IMG/VR virus record: IMGVR_UViG_3300012352_000355
Span: 47,406-111,405 of that record
From: a virus
Length of the DNA stretch: 64,000 nucleotides
Strand: one strand, 5' to 3'
Part shown: positions 38,001 to 46,567 of the stretch, one piece after another
Layout: the number at the start of each line of letters is the position of its first letter
How positions within the stretch are numbered: position 1 is the first letter of the stretch
The notes under the pieces: model-generated
What the model saw: only the letters and a program-made list of their open reading frames with translations
What the model was told of the DNA's origin: nothing
Databases searched by the model: none
Made by a program: the position numbers and the translations under genes

Positions 38001-40835
38001 GATTCTATTGCTGCTATTCAGGGTAGATACCCTCTCCCTGACGGTGTACGTAAGATGGATGTGGTATGGGGAGAATTGTTTGACGTACTTAAAGGCTATA
38101 AAAATAGTGATAACTTTTATGAAGGCTCTAAGATTTCTTCTCCTAACGAAGACGGAACCCCTTCTAACATCTCTGCCATTGTAAGAAGCCTAGAAGAAGA
38201 GATTGAAGATATTAAAACAGTCTACAAGAAAGAGAACAAGATGTCTAAGGAAGATCAAGACGCTCTTACAGGGTTGTTTGCAAGCTTCTCAGATATTCAA
38301 GAGAAGGTTTATACTCCAGACTATATAAAAGAATATACAAGTCGCTTAAACGCTGTTAAAACAAGTCTTATAGCAAAAGACTCTACAAGATACCAAGATC
38401 AATCAGACGACTCACTTCTTAAACTTGATGCCGAGAAAGAACTTAGAAAGACAGAATGGTACAAACAAAACCACAAGAAAGTAAGTGTATGGGACTCAGT
38501 AAACTCTATTTGGACAAATACTGATGAGCCTTTGTACTTCTGGACTGCTACTGAACCTACTGATAAGACTTTAATTAGCGACACTTCTCCTTCTTTTAGA
38601 TGGAATACAATCGCAGTTAATCCTATCTATGTAAGACCAGAGATCAAGAATGTAAGATATAGTAAGCGTGTTCCTTTGCGTACAGATAAAACAGATTACA
38701 GAAACAAAGAGTACGACAAACTAGATACCAAAGAAAAAGAAATCTTAAAGAAAGTAACTGATATCTACTTAGAACTACAGAGTGGTACTCCTATGAATCT
38801 TAAAAAAGGATTAGAGTTACCTAGTGTAGTAATGGATGCTACTGAAAGATCTCTTAAAGGAACAAACTTGGGTACACTTAAGTCTAAGATATCTTCTACA
38901 GCACAATCTATCTGGGACAAAGCAACCTTTGAGGATGACGAAGAGGTACAAAGAGATACTGCTGGAACAGTTATGCAAAAGGTAAATAGAAAACTTTACT
39001 TAAAGTATAATAGACCTATCCCTGCAGATAAGATGAGCTTAAACATATTCAATAGCATTGCTATGTATGGAGCAGATCTTATTAGATTCAAAGAAGCTTA
39101 TGCAGTAGTTCCTTACATCTATGGTATTCAAGACGTATTAAATAAGTCTATGCCTGGAAGTAAGATTGAAAAGATGATTAGCAACTTGTTTGAACGTAAG
39201 TTACAGGGTAAGAGTCGTAAGTTTATAGTTAATAATAAAGCAGGAAGACTTGTAGAGAAAGTAGTAGATACAGCTTTAGCAGCTAACTCACCTATTACTT
39301 TGGCTTTCCGACTTCCTTCAAGTGTAAAGAACTTTATGGCAGGTTCTGCTAACGTATTTATTCAAGCAGAAATGTATGGTTTGAGTCGTAAGGAAATCTT
39401 TAAAGCTATGGGTAAGAACTCTGTGCACATAGCAGACTTGTTTCAGTCAGAAGTAGAGGATGGTAGGGACTCTGAGTACATCTCAAAGATGCGTTACTTT
39501 AACGTAATGCCTGACGATCAACTTTCAGAAACAGGTAGAAAAGTATTTATATCTAAGCTAGGCAAATACCGTAAGTACAATCCTTTTAACTTCCTTGCGT
39601 TCTTTAGAACATTTGGAGAATTTGAAATGAGAAGTGCAGTAGCCGAGGCCCTTTCTGAAAAATTTCTTATACCTCTTACAGATAAACCTAACGGAGTACC
39701 ATTGTTTGAGGCTTACGACTTTAAGGATGGAGTGCTTGTTCCTAAAGAAAGTATTATTGATAAAGAAGGTTTTGAGAAAATAGAACAATACTACAGAGGA
39801 AAACTTAACTTTATTAATGCAGCTATACAAGGTGCTTACGGATCTTTAGATAGAGGAGAGTATTCAAGATATACATTAGGTCGTATTATTGGTAACATGA
39901 AAGGGTGGGTTGCTTACCAAGGTATGAGAAGATTTAAAACGAGTAGAAGTATTAATCCTAGATCAGGAGAAGAATTCCAAGGATTCTACACTACTGCTAT
40001 ACAGGCAATTAAACTTCTTTATCAAACAAACTTCTCTCTTCCTGCAACTAAAAACCTAATGACTCCTCAAGAGAGAGCAGAGGTAGAAGGTGCAGCCATA
40101 GATATGTTAGTACTGGCTGTGATTATGGGAGTATCCGCTATTCTTAATAGTATAAGATACGATGATGAGGACGAAGAGGATATGTATATTGTATATTTCT
40201 TTCTTTACAACTTGTTGTTGATTGAAGATGAATTAAACAGTTTGAACCCTGTATTTAGTCCTTTGTCTATCTATCATTCTAGATTTGAGAATAATGTAGA
40301 TGGACAGAATTTTGCTCAATACTACTTGAACAGAAACGTTCTTCTTCCTTTTGCAGGAGCTACAGATGCACTTAAGTTAACTATGGAAATGGTTAATCCA
40401 TTTGATGATGTAAGTCCTTTTGATGAGTACGTACCTCGTAGTAAGAGTGGTAAAATTTCCAACCCAAAGAGATACCCACCAGATCCCACACTTAAAGGAG
40501 ATACAGAAATTTCAGCAAGAATACAAAAACTATTTGGATTGAATGCTTCTATCAACTTCTTTTTAAATCCTGAATACCTATTTAGAAAGTATGAGAAATA
40601 TAATCCTAAGTGGTACGTAAGTAGTCTGGATGCAGATTTAAAATCAGAAAAAAGATCTATCAATTCTATAGACAAACAAATTAAATCTATAGAAAGACAA
40701 TATGACTACATAGATGATCCTGATACTAGACAGAGTCTTATGAATAAAGTAAGCGACTTAGAGAGGCAGAAAGAAGAATCAGGAGAAAGACAATCTAGTT
40801 TAACAGAAATATATTCAGAGACTGGGAGGAGGTAA
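35037..40835 (+). CDS. Large cargo protein with a zincin-like metallopeptidase motif and C-terminal hydrophobic helices
   Basis: 1932 aa; LILHEVLH (35880) followed by EFVSEFFTNPEF; long coiled coils; C-terminal MLVLAVIMGVSAIL and YIVYFFLYNLLL. Confidence 0.7.
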   Translation: MPNGCVIKYPNPVTGMNQTSVLAYTLSQMGYSTEESINLVKRGSTYSKKNGYNAWPKPINRPEARFGNFIEIDSDNLVANLGLDSVLKPSQVSYMRAAQDLFEDVQVRVDAPINLKLLMELGNYVKKGGEASLKIEVVNPEAPLIQRMYKVYPVPATPLNREYLFSFIETEIFSKNVSIGKETRLDFLKPYIDFSEPDIYDTMAKMLNDSQTPAYEKYLIKKLLPMMDLVPSITFDFFTGSDILQVEKIPAGQYNREFNNIKLNVFGLKNGDMSSARRLILHEVLHSVLSSAIDNPISEVDKKLVNSLKPVLAYYRQKYSSEKFTNEYYGLQDLHEFVSEFFTNPEFRDLLESNDSNWFLKTIDAIWKFFTGKLLLNKNVNTVENIEQILEDIFNDIIYSQEINTSLTYTNTSKFESPLSFNQMLEIDKFTENNSELLSEFSANLDRLLAEDNLLNWSKIIDQAEFLGVNVNSVLRTKDTFVEISPAEAKESFKSMVTFFHETAKYLRSIRNSLDKLAADPNITADQVFRQAYHAKELGEQYINFVEKYREVMGNIGIDTILGIQLLNIKSTADSLKEAYLNNATEALAIKLADEFAPQTKDAQKRIQENIERFKVSLASAQSLGNAKLIKLTEDRIKNEEARLQSLATKSNIITALKGQIKDIGNFSLFLESAGLSGNVITGTVGGMIANQFDSANVKAQSMEVKLKRLADELQNHLKSKGVGVNTSFDFENVFGRFLKKTEVVEMKNGKIAKRDTLVLLSEMDEVRYNNDLIKLKQELRDLKQTKVQDSAVKDLIKAKEAQIRNFKQQYEEQPYQEVYYQIQNMLSSEAREARDLILQEMDKIQVGSLNEENSEEQLDKLEDLKEDLDRLESDYDKNKNLKDEEGLRIAANIREWKRSRTAAQLYTYNITKENQELFDSQLIAKKNAYDKAVSDYEQSLSEKADPETLDYKKQTAEYYRKQFELWKANNCVRKISPEFYKNRKQITDSIAAIQGRYPLPDGVRKMDVVWGELFDVLKGYKNSDNFYEGSKISSPNEDGTPSNISAIVRSLEEEIEDIKTVYKKENKMSKEDQDALTGLFASFSDIQEKVYTPDYIKEYTSRLNAVKTSLIAKDSTRYQDQSDDSLLKLDAEKELRKTEWYKQNHKKVSVWDSVNSIWTNTDEPLYFWTATEPTDKTLISDTSPSFRWNTIAVNPIYVRPEIKNVRYSKRVPLRTDKTDYRNKEYDKLDTKEKEILKKVTDIYLELQSGTPMNLKKGLELPSVVMDATERSLKGTNLGTLKSKISSTAQSIWDKATFEDDEEVQRDTAGTVMQKVNRKLYLKYNRPIPADKMSLNIFNSIAMYGADLIRFKEAYAVVPYIYGIQDVLNKSMPGSKIEKMISNLFERKLQGKSRKFIVNNKAGRLVEKVVDTALAANSPITLAFRLPSSVKNFMAGSANVFIQAEMYGLSRKEIFKAMGKNSVHIADLFQSEVEDGRDSEYISKMRYFNVMPDDQLSETGRKVFISKLGKYRKYNPFNFLAFFRTFGEFEMRSAVAEALSEKFLIPLTDKPNGVPLFEAYDFKDGVLVPKESIIDKEGFEKIEQYYRGKLNFINAAIQGAYGSLDRGEYSRYTLGRIIGNMKGWVAYQGMRRFKTSRSINPRSGEEFQGFYTTAIQAIKLLYQTNFSLPATKNLMTPQERAEVEGAAIDMLVLAVIMGVSAILNSIRYDDEDEEDMYIVYFFLYNLLLIEDELNSLNPVFSPLSIYHSRFENNVDGQNFAQYYLNRNVLLPFAGATDALKLTMEMVNPFDDVSPFDEYVPRSKSGKISNPKRYPPDPTLKGDTEISARIQKLFGLNASINFFLNPEYLFRKYEKYNPKWYVSSLDADLKSEKRSINSIDKQIKSIERQYDYIDDPDTRQSLMNKVSDLERQKEESGERQSSLTEIYSETGRR

Positions 40836-40848
40836 TCTTCCCAATCTC

Positions 40849-40878
40849 TTGACTTTATTTTAAATAAAAGTATTTTTG
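40849..40878 (+). promoter_or_regulatory. Bacteroidota-type promoter for the lysis region
   Basis: TTG(40849-51)-N19-TATTTTTG(40871-78). Confidence 0.7.
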
Positions 40879-40884
40879 TGTAAA

Positions 40885-40903
40885 CGGACTTAGGTCGGAC
40901 TTA
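40885..40903 (+). repeat. Direct repeat CGGACTTA x2 with an 11-bp period
   Basis: CGGACTTA at 40885-92 and 40896-903, just downstream of the promoter. Confidence 0.6.
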
Positions 40904-40927
40904 AAGTCGTAAAAGATAATATATATT

Positions 40928-41266
40928 ATGGAAACTCATGACATTCTCAGAGAGCAATCAAAGAAACTTCGTCACATCGAAGGGCAACTTTGTTGCATCA
41001 ATGCTAGCGTAACTGCCGAGGCAGGTATGAACGGTAGCAAAGTTATCTCAGGTACTTCTCCTGTTACAGGTAGCTTTCAGTACTTTGTAGTAAACGCATC
41101 TGCTGTAGTTACAGCAATCTTAGATCAAGATGGTAATAGTCTTATGACTACACTAGGTTTGTCTGGGATTACTTTAGCTCCAACAATGAAAGTTAGCGTA
41201 GCTAAAGGTACAACTATCTCTTCTATTACACTTTCTTCAGGTTCTTTAATCGCTTACAACGCTTAA
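40928..41266 (+). CDS. Small beta-rich protein, probably structural
   Basis: 112 aa, Ser/Thr/Gly-rich, ends ITLSSGSLIAYNA. Confidence 0.55.
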   Translation: METHDILREQSKKLRHIEGQLCCINASVTAEAGMNGSKVISGTSPVTGSFQYFVVNASAVVTAILDQDGNSLMTTLGLSGITLAPTMKVSVAKGTTISSITLSSGSLIAYNA

Positions 41267-41694
41267 TGAAAACCCTTCTAATAGCTTTCACTACAATATG
41301 TGCCTTCTTAGGCACATATTTTTTAAAGTTGACTGCAGATAACTTCGAGCAGTTCTTGGCTATAGTGTCTGTTGTTAGCTTAGATGGTTTCTTTGGTGTG
41401 TGGGCTGGAACAAAGAAAGAAGGTTTTCAAACTCGTAAGGCACTAAAAGTTATTAAAACTTTGGTTGGTTGGGTAGTAATACTATCTGTTGTTCTCTTAG
41501 TAGAGAAAGGATTTGATGGTACATTTTGGCTAAGTGAGACTGTTTGTGCTCCTTTTATTATCTTCCAATTGATTAGTGCACTTAAGAATGCACACACAGT
41601 AGGAGTAATAGATAACAGTGTACTATCTCAAGTCTTAGAAAAGATAGACAGACATAAATTCAACCACGATATAGATGAAAAACCTCTCGATTAA
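41266..41694 (+). CDS. Holin (phage holin 4-like)
   Basis: Several TM helices; D-x-x-x-G-V-W-A and QLISALKNA motifs; charged C-terminus. Confidence 0.7.
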   Translation: MKTLLIAFTTICAFLGTYFLKLTADNFEQFLAIVSVVSLDGFFGVWAGTKKEGFQTRKALKVIKTLVGWVVILSVVLLVEKGFDGTFWLSETVCAPFIIFQLISALKNAHTVGVIDNSVLSQVLEKIDRHKFNHDIDEKPLD

Positions 41695-41992
41695 ACTTAA
41701 CTTTATCTTCTTCTTTGTTATTGTATACTTGCTTTACAGGTACGAGTATGTACAAGAGCAAGACACTAACCAAGTAATATCTTTTATAGATTCTATAGAT
41801 AAAGCCAACGATACTTACTTTGAAAAGATAGACTCTCTGGAGCATATCAAACACGAAGAGTATCACAACTATGAAAAAATCACCTTAAAGTATGACACAA
41901 TTCAGATTGCTATTGACACTATGCCTGACATTGACGGCACAAAGTATCTACTCACAATCTCTAGACAGCTTACCGCTAAAGGAGTTGAATAA
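41675..41992 (+). CDS. Membrane-anchored coiled-coil protein (i-spanin-like)
   Basis: N-terminal TM FIFFFVIVYLLY followed by a helical region; overlaps the holin and the next gene. Confidence 0.5.
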   Translation: MKNLSIKLNFIFFFVIVYLLYRYEYVQEQDTNQVISFIDSIDKANDTYFEKIDSLEHIKHEEYHNYEKITLKYDTIQIAIDTMPDIDGTKYLLTISRQLTAKGVE

Positions 41993-42251
41993 TGAGTTCC
42001 TAAAAGGAATTCAAGCACGTGAAAGAGTAGTTAGTTTAAAGAAGATTGTCAAAGCAGACAGTCTTCAACTACATTATTACAAAGATTCTATAGTTCCCAA
42101 CTACCAAAAGGCTTTAGATACAGCCAAGGTAGAGATAGTTCGCTTAGATACTAAAGTTAGATCTCAAGCAGAAACTATAAAAACATTGAAGAATGTTTTG
42201 AAAGGTGGATTAATTGCTATAGCTTTGTTAACCATAGGGTTAATACTTTAA
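41892..42251 (+). CDS. Signal-peptide protein with coiled coil and C-terminal TM (spanin-like)
   Basis: N-terminal signal MTQFRLLLTLCLTLTAQSIYSQ; C-terminal GLIAIALLTIGLIL; 101-nt overlap with the previous gene. Confidence 0.5.
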   Translation: MTQFRLLLTLCLTLTAQSIYSQSLDSLPLKELNNEFLKGIQARERVVSLKKIVKADSLQLHYYKDSIVPNYQKALDTAKVEIVRLDTKVRSQAETIKTLKNVLKGGLIAIALLTIGLIL

Positions 42252-42262
42252 CCACCAAGCCT

Positions 42263-43597
42263 ATGATGCCAATTTCTAAACAGATTGTTCAGTACTACAT
42301 GGACAATCCAAATACGAATGAGACAGCTATTGAAGTTGCTCTTCGTTTTAATTATCATCCTGAAGAACGTAATCAGTTAAGGGGTAAGCGAGTTCGTGAT
42401 TTAAAAAGATCAGCTATGGCTAAACTCCTAAAAGGCGATCCTCTTTACATGCCAAACCCACAATCTGAGATTAATTCTAATACAACTCTAGGAACATATG
42501 ATGAGAATCTAGAAAAAGGTACCTTAGAAGTATCTAAACTAGTCTCTAAACAACCTAGATCTGCAGAAGAGATAATTAGAATCCACAAAATAGATACTAC
42601 TAAGTGGAAATTAGTTCAGTATTGGAGTAAAGAAAAGAGTGCAGGCTGGCTAGTGTCAGCCTTATTTGCTCATATAAAGCCTGAGGATACTTTTAATGAT
42701 GATATAGAAGGCATTCTAAGAGAAGTCTTCCTTGAATCTAACATCGCAGTGCACCCAATGCCTAAAAAAGCCCTTGTAAGTACTAGTAGAGGCTTATTTG
42801 TATACATGAGTGACAAACATGTAGGTGCACTTACACATCCTACTGCTCTTTTTGGTAACGAATACAATGAAAATGTCTTCGAAGAGAGAATGAATAAGAC
42901 TTTAGAGGAGATAGAGAAGCAAGTTAGGATACACGGAAGATTACAAGACTTGTTTATCTGTGACTTGGGTGATTCTTTAGATGGTTGGAATGGCTACACT
43001 ACTAGAGGTGGTCACCAGTTACCTCAGAACATGGATAGTAAGGAAGCTTTTATGACTTATCTTTACACTCATAAGAGATTCTTTGATACTTTGGTAGAAA
43101 GAAACTTAGCAAATAACATTCACGCAATAATGCAAACTAACGATAACCATGCAGGTTCGTTCGGTTACATTACTAATCAAGCATTAAACTTATACTTAAA
43201 TACAGCTTATCCATTTATCAAAGTAACGATAATGGAGAAGTTCTTAGAACATTTTGACTATGGCAAACACACGTTTATCTTCACTCATGGAAAAGATTCT
43301 GAAGATCTTAAGCATGGTCTTCCCCTTTTCTTAACAGAGAAAGCAGAAAACTTCCTCAATAAGTATATAAATCACCACAATTTAGGAGAGAATAAAAATA
43401 TCTCGATAGTAAAAGGAGACCTACATACAGAGAGTATGCAACAAGCATACAAGTTTAGATACCGTAATGTATTGTCTATGTATGGTTCTTCTAAGTGGAT
43501 TATGAACAACTTTGGCCCTGGATACCCAGGAGTTTCCTTTGATTTAGTAGAAAAAGATACGGATTTGATTTATTCGTTTTATATTCGCTTTAAATAA
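42263..43597 (+). CDS. Calcineurin-like metallophosphoesterase/nuclease
   Basis: SDKHVG, DLGDSLDG, NDNH, THG and GDLH motifs. Confidence 0.8.
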   Translation: MMPISKQIVQYYMDNPNTNETAIEVALRFNYHPEERNQLRGKRVRDLKRSAMAKLLKGDPLYMPNPQSEINSNTTLGTYDENLEKGTLEVSKLVSKQPRSAEEIIRIHKIDTTKWKLVQYWSKEKSAGWLVSALFAHIKPEDTFNDDIEGILREVFLESNIAVHPMPKKALVSTSRGLFVYMSDKHVGALTHPTALFGNEYNENVFEERMNKTLEEIEKQVRIHGRLQDLFICDLGDSLDGWNGYTTRGGHQLPQNMDSKEAFMTYLYTHKRFFDTLVERNLANNIHAIMQTNDNHAGSFGYITNQALNLYLNTAYPFIKVTIMEKFLEHFDYGKHTFIFTHGKDSEDLKHGLPLFLTEKAENFLNKYINHHNLGENKNISIVKGDLHTESMQQAYKFRYRNVLSMYGSSKWIMNNFGPGYPGVSFDLVEKDTDLIYSFYIRFK

Positions 43598-43605
43598 AAA
43601 GAATC

Positions 43606-43836
43606 ATGATTACCCTAGCAGATATAGACAAATTAATAAATCAATTCTATCTAGACTCGGAGAAGGATGGTCAAGCAATGAGGCCTAATGCAATCCTACT
43701 TACCGAAGAGCAGTTTGAAGACTTGCTTATAGAGATGGGAGTAGAAGACGAAGATGATGTCACAATAGAAAGCATATACGGCTTAGACGTCATTATAGCA
43801 AATGGTTTAGAGTATCCAAGACTAATAAGACTGTAA
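43606..43836 (+). CDS. Small acidic hypothetical protein
   Basis: 76-aa ORF with an A-rich leader, followed directly by the terminator. Confidence 0.65.
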   Translation: MITLADIDKLINQFYLDSEKDGQAMRPNAILLTEEQFEDLLIEMGVEDEDDVTIESIYGLDVIIANGLEYPRLIRL

Positions 43837-43838
43837 AT

Positions 43839-43868
43839 AAAAAGGGGCCCTATTAAGAGCCCCTTTTT
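43839..43868. terminator. Bidirectional terminator at the convergence of the late and replication blocks
   Basis: AAAAA-GGGGCCC-TATTAA-GAGCCCC-TTTTT between convergent genes. Confidence 0.85.
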
Positions 43869-43917
43869 GGTTGGTTGGTAAAATAACTAAAAACTAAAAC
43901 TAAATAAACTAAAACTA

Positions 43918-44241
43918 TTAGATCGCTTGTGGTCCACCTGTTAAGCTAAAGAAAGCAAGAATCTCTTCCTTTACCTTCAACTCAACTACGATAGGCTCAC
44001 TTGTGATTTCAAATTTAGTGATTTTTACTGGAACTTTTTGCTTAGTTACAGGATCAATCTTGTATTGATAGTCTACAGGGTTAAGTTTGTCTGCTGCTCC
44101 CTCAAGAACAATAGCCAATCCATTCTCTGTAGGATAGGTCATCAACACTTTGTTAAGGTCAAAAGAGAAACCCTTCTTAATAACGAGTTCCATCTCTTCA
44201 CCACTCTCGATTTTTTCTTTTTCGGTATAGTAGAATAACAT
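43918..44241 (-). CDS. Hypothetical protein
   Basis: 107-aa ORF, last gene of the - strand block. Confidence 0.65.
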   Translation of the reverse strand: MLFYYTEKEKIESGEEMELVIKKGFSFDLNKVLMTYPTENGLAIVLEGAADKLNPVDYQYKIDPVTKQKVPVKITKFEITSEPIVVELKVKEEILAFFSLTGGPQAI

Positions 44242-44252
44242 AGTCGTATATA

Positions 44253-44534
44253 TTACCAGATGATAGCGATGTCGCTAGATCTTACCATGATTTTTTCATT
44301 GCCTTCTACTTCTACTAGTTCTGCAGATTGCAATGACATTAACTGTACGTAGACTTTGTCTCCAACGTTGATACCTTGAACTTCTTCTCCAACGGCAAAT
44401 ACTTCTAGGTTCTTCAACTTCTTCAACTCTTCAAACTCCATTGCCTCTTCCATTTCTGGACTCAACTTAATAAGTCTTTCTTCTTTTACAGGACGATTGA
44501 GTAATACCCTGTGTCCTTTTACTTTGATGCTCAT
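44253..44534 (-). CDS. groES: GroES/Cpn10-like co-chaperonin
   Basis: IKVKGHRVLL...EVFAVG...INVGDKV...MVRSSDI matches the GroES pattern. Confidence 0.75.
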   Translation of the reverse strand: MSIKVKGHRVLLNRPVKEERLIKLSPEMEEAMEFEELKKLKNLEVFAVGEEVQGINVGDKVYVQLMSLQSAELVEVEGNEKIMVRSSDIAIIW

Positions 44535-44541
44535 ATCTTTT

Positions 44542-44982
44542 TTAATTTAGTTCTGCTTTAATTACATCTAGACCTGCAGCAATCAAAAGCTCTAAGCCTG
44601 ATCTGTCTCTATAGTCTTCGATGTATACAAATGTAGTGATTCCACTTTGAATTACCAACTTAGCACAATGCACACAGCATGCATGAGTACAGTACATAGT
44701 GGCTCCCTCTGTACTGATAGGACTCTTGCATGCTTTAGTGATTGCATTAGACTCTGCGTGTAATACGTATTCAAAGGTTACATTGTTGGCTTCACAAACA
44801 TTAGGGAATCCAGAAGGTGTACCATTATAACCAAAGGAGATGATGTTACCATTCTTAACAATTAAGGCTCCTACTTGGAGTCTTTCACAATAGGACTCTT
44901 GAGAAATTCTTTTAGTTAAATCTAAGTAAAGCAATGCTTTATCTCCTACTGTTGTGTTGTAAATGATTGGTATCTTATGCAT
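44542..44982 (-). CDS. dCMP deaminase
   Basis: VGALIVK, GYNGTPSG, HAESNAI and CCVHC zinc motifs. Confidence 0.9.
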   Translation of the reverse strand: MHKIPIIYNTTVGDKALLYLDLTKRISQESYCERLQVGALIVKNGNIISFGYNGTPSGFPNVCEANNVTFEYVLHAESNAITKACKSPISTEGATMYCTHACCVHCAKLVIQSGITTFVYIEDYRDRSGLELLIAAGLDVIKAELN

Positions 44983-44983
44983 A

Positions 44984-45418
44984 CTATGGTTTTAAACTTT
45001 CTTCAAATCTATAAATTTCTTTTGTAATATCCACTACTACTCCATTAAAGTTTATGTCTTTATGTAGTAGAAGCTTATAATCCTCAGATAATTCATCGAA
45101 TCTATTCTGTTTAAACATCTCTAGATCTTTGTGATAGATCTTGTTAGGCTTGAATACATACATTATTCTCTCGTCTACTTCATAGTAGTCAAAGAAAGAA
45201 TCAAAGCTAGTAATCTTTTCTTCGAAGGCTTTGAAAGCACTGCTCTCTACAGGTTCAAACAAAAAGAACAAGCAGTTAGAATGCTTAGACTTAAAACCGT
45301 AGTCGTCTAGATAAACATTAATCAAACCAAAGTTGTATAGCAGTCTAGCAGCTTGAGCCCCTGAAGTAAATATCAGGGGACTCATAAACTTAGTAGTGTT
45401 GTTAGTGTTCTCGTTCAC
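44984..45418 (-). CDS. Conserved hypothetical protein downstream of the nuclease
   Basis: ORF ends TAG at 44984; probable GTG start at 45418, since the track start at 45559 overlaps the nuclease gene. Confidence 0.55.
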   Translation of the reverse strand: MNENTNNTTKFMSPLIFTSGAQAARLLYNFGLINVYLDDYGFKSKHSNCLFFLFEPVESSAFKAFEEKITSFDSFFDYYEVDERIMYVFKPNKIYHKDLEMFKQNRFDELSEDYKLLLHKDINFNGVVVDITKEIYRFEESLKP

Positions 45419-45428
45419 CTTGGTAAAA

Positions 45429-46397
45429 TTAGATAACTCTGATTCCATCATTTTCGTAATCTTCTTTGGTGTATGCCCACAAATCATTCTCAGAGTGCCA
45501 CATAAGTCTCTCAATGGCTTGGTGGAAACCCTCATAGGTCTTGCCTTGGAATACTCCACCCATCTTACCTATAGCCATGGCTTCATCTGACAGCTCATAG
45601 ATTAAAGGACTACCTGGGAACTTTTGGCTTTCCACGATGAATCTAAAGTTACTAACTGTTAGATTCTCTCCGTAGATACTGAGGTCTGTTTGCTTTAAAG
45701 CTTCTGTGTAGAATGCTCCTTGAAAATCATAACGATATTTCATAAGAGTATCTGTCCAGAAGTTTAAGGAAGTAGTAGTAGTCTTTAAGTCGATAGGGTA
45801 GAGAATGTTGTTTACTACATCAACAACTACCAAATCCAATAAACCCTTACACTTCACCCCTAAGTATTCAAAGCTTAAAGCCTGTTGGGTAAATACTTTG
45901 TATTGTGAGTTACCTTTTACAAACTTAGAAGTGAAGACATGTGACTTAAGTCCTTCTGCGATATTAATGATTAGGGCTTCTTGAGCAAAGGAAATTACCT
46001 TCTTGCCTTCTGCTGCAATCAAATCTTCGTAATAAGTTTTACCTTCTGTTTCAAATCTTTCTCTTACCTTGGCGATAGTATCTCGCTTAAACTTTGCTGC
46101 TTCATATGCAATAGATTCAGCCATAGTATCATTTCGGTTAGCATAAAGATTCCATACAAAATCTCCCATCTGTCCTGTAGGTCTTTCTACGCTACTGATG
46201 TGGAACTCTGATCTGAATACTTCTTCTCCTTGAGTTAAAATTAAATCAACTCCGTCACCTATTAGAGTTACTTCTGCTGGCTCATCTGTATCGGAGCTAG
46301 GGTCGTAGTTATAATATAGGTTTGGGTGTTGTAATAGCTTTTTAAGTCTGCTTTGACTCTGTGCTGTACTGTCTAAGTATCCTTGATCTAAAATCAT
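45429..46397 (-). CDS. PD-(D/E)XK exonuclease (RecE/DUF3799-like)
   Basis: SQSRLK, KGLLDLVVVD, IDLKTT and YDFQGAFY motifs. Confidence 0.8.
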   Translation of the reverse strand: MILDQGYLDSTAQSQSRLKKLLQHPNLYYNYDPSSDTDEPAEVTLIGDGVDLILTQGEEVFRSEFHISSVERPTGQMGDFVWNLYANRNDTMAESIAYEAAKFKRDTIAKVRERFETEGKTYYEDLIAAEGKKVISFAQEALIINIAEGLKSHVFTSKFVKGNSQYKVFTQQALSFEYLGVKCKGLLDLVVVDVVNNILYPIDLKTTTTSLNFWTDTLMKYRYDFQGAFYTEALKQTDLSIYGENLTVSNFRFIVESQKFPGSPLIYELSDEAMAIGKMGGVFQGKTYEGFHQAIERLMWHSENDLWAYTKEDYENDGIRVI

Positions 46398-46567
46398 TTG
46401 TCTATTGTTAAAGTTAAATTAAACCACAAAAACCCTAAGTGAAGACTGAACTTTTGTCTAGAGTGTGTTCTACTAAGGGTTAGTGTAGGGATTATGTAGA
46501 AAAACCAATAAGGATAATCTCGTTGTCCTTGTTTTCCTCTAAAGAAGTTACTGAACTTTACCTTCAT
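46394..46567 (-). CDS. 57-aa aromatic-rich hypothetical protein (absent from the ORF track)
   Basis: MKVKFSNFFRGKQGQRDYPYWFFYIIPTLTLSRTHSRQKFSLHLGFLWFNLTLTIDK*; fills the gap and has an ATGA overlap with the nuclease start. Confidence 0.65.
   Translation of the reverse strand: MKVKFSNFFRGKQGQRDYPYWFFYIIPTLTLSRTHSRQKFSLHLGFLWFNLTLTIDK

Noticed and set aside
973-40675. Many 60-190 aa antisense or alternate-frame ORFs in the track (e.g. 1878-2327, 2331-2906, 36845-37306)
   Set aside because: They are nested opposite or inside long genes, have shadow-ORF composition and show no motifs or leaders.
40823-40843. Hairpin TGGGAGGA-GGTAA-TCTTCCCA over the stop of the 1932-aa gene as a terminator
   Set aside because: The stem is plausible but no U-tract follows directly, so it is not called.
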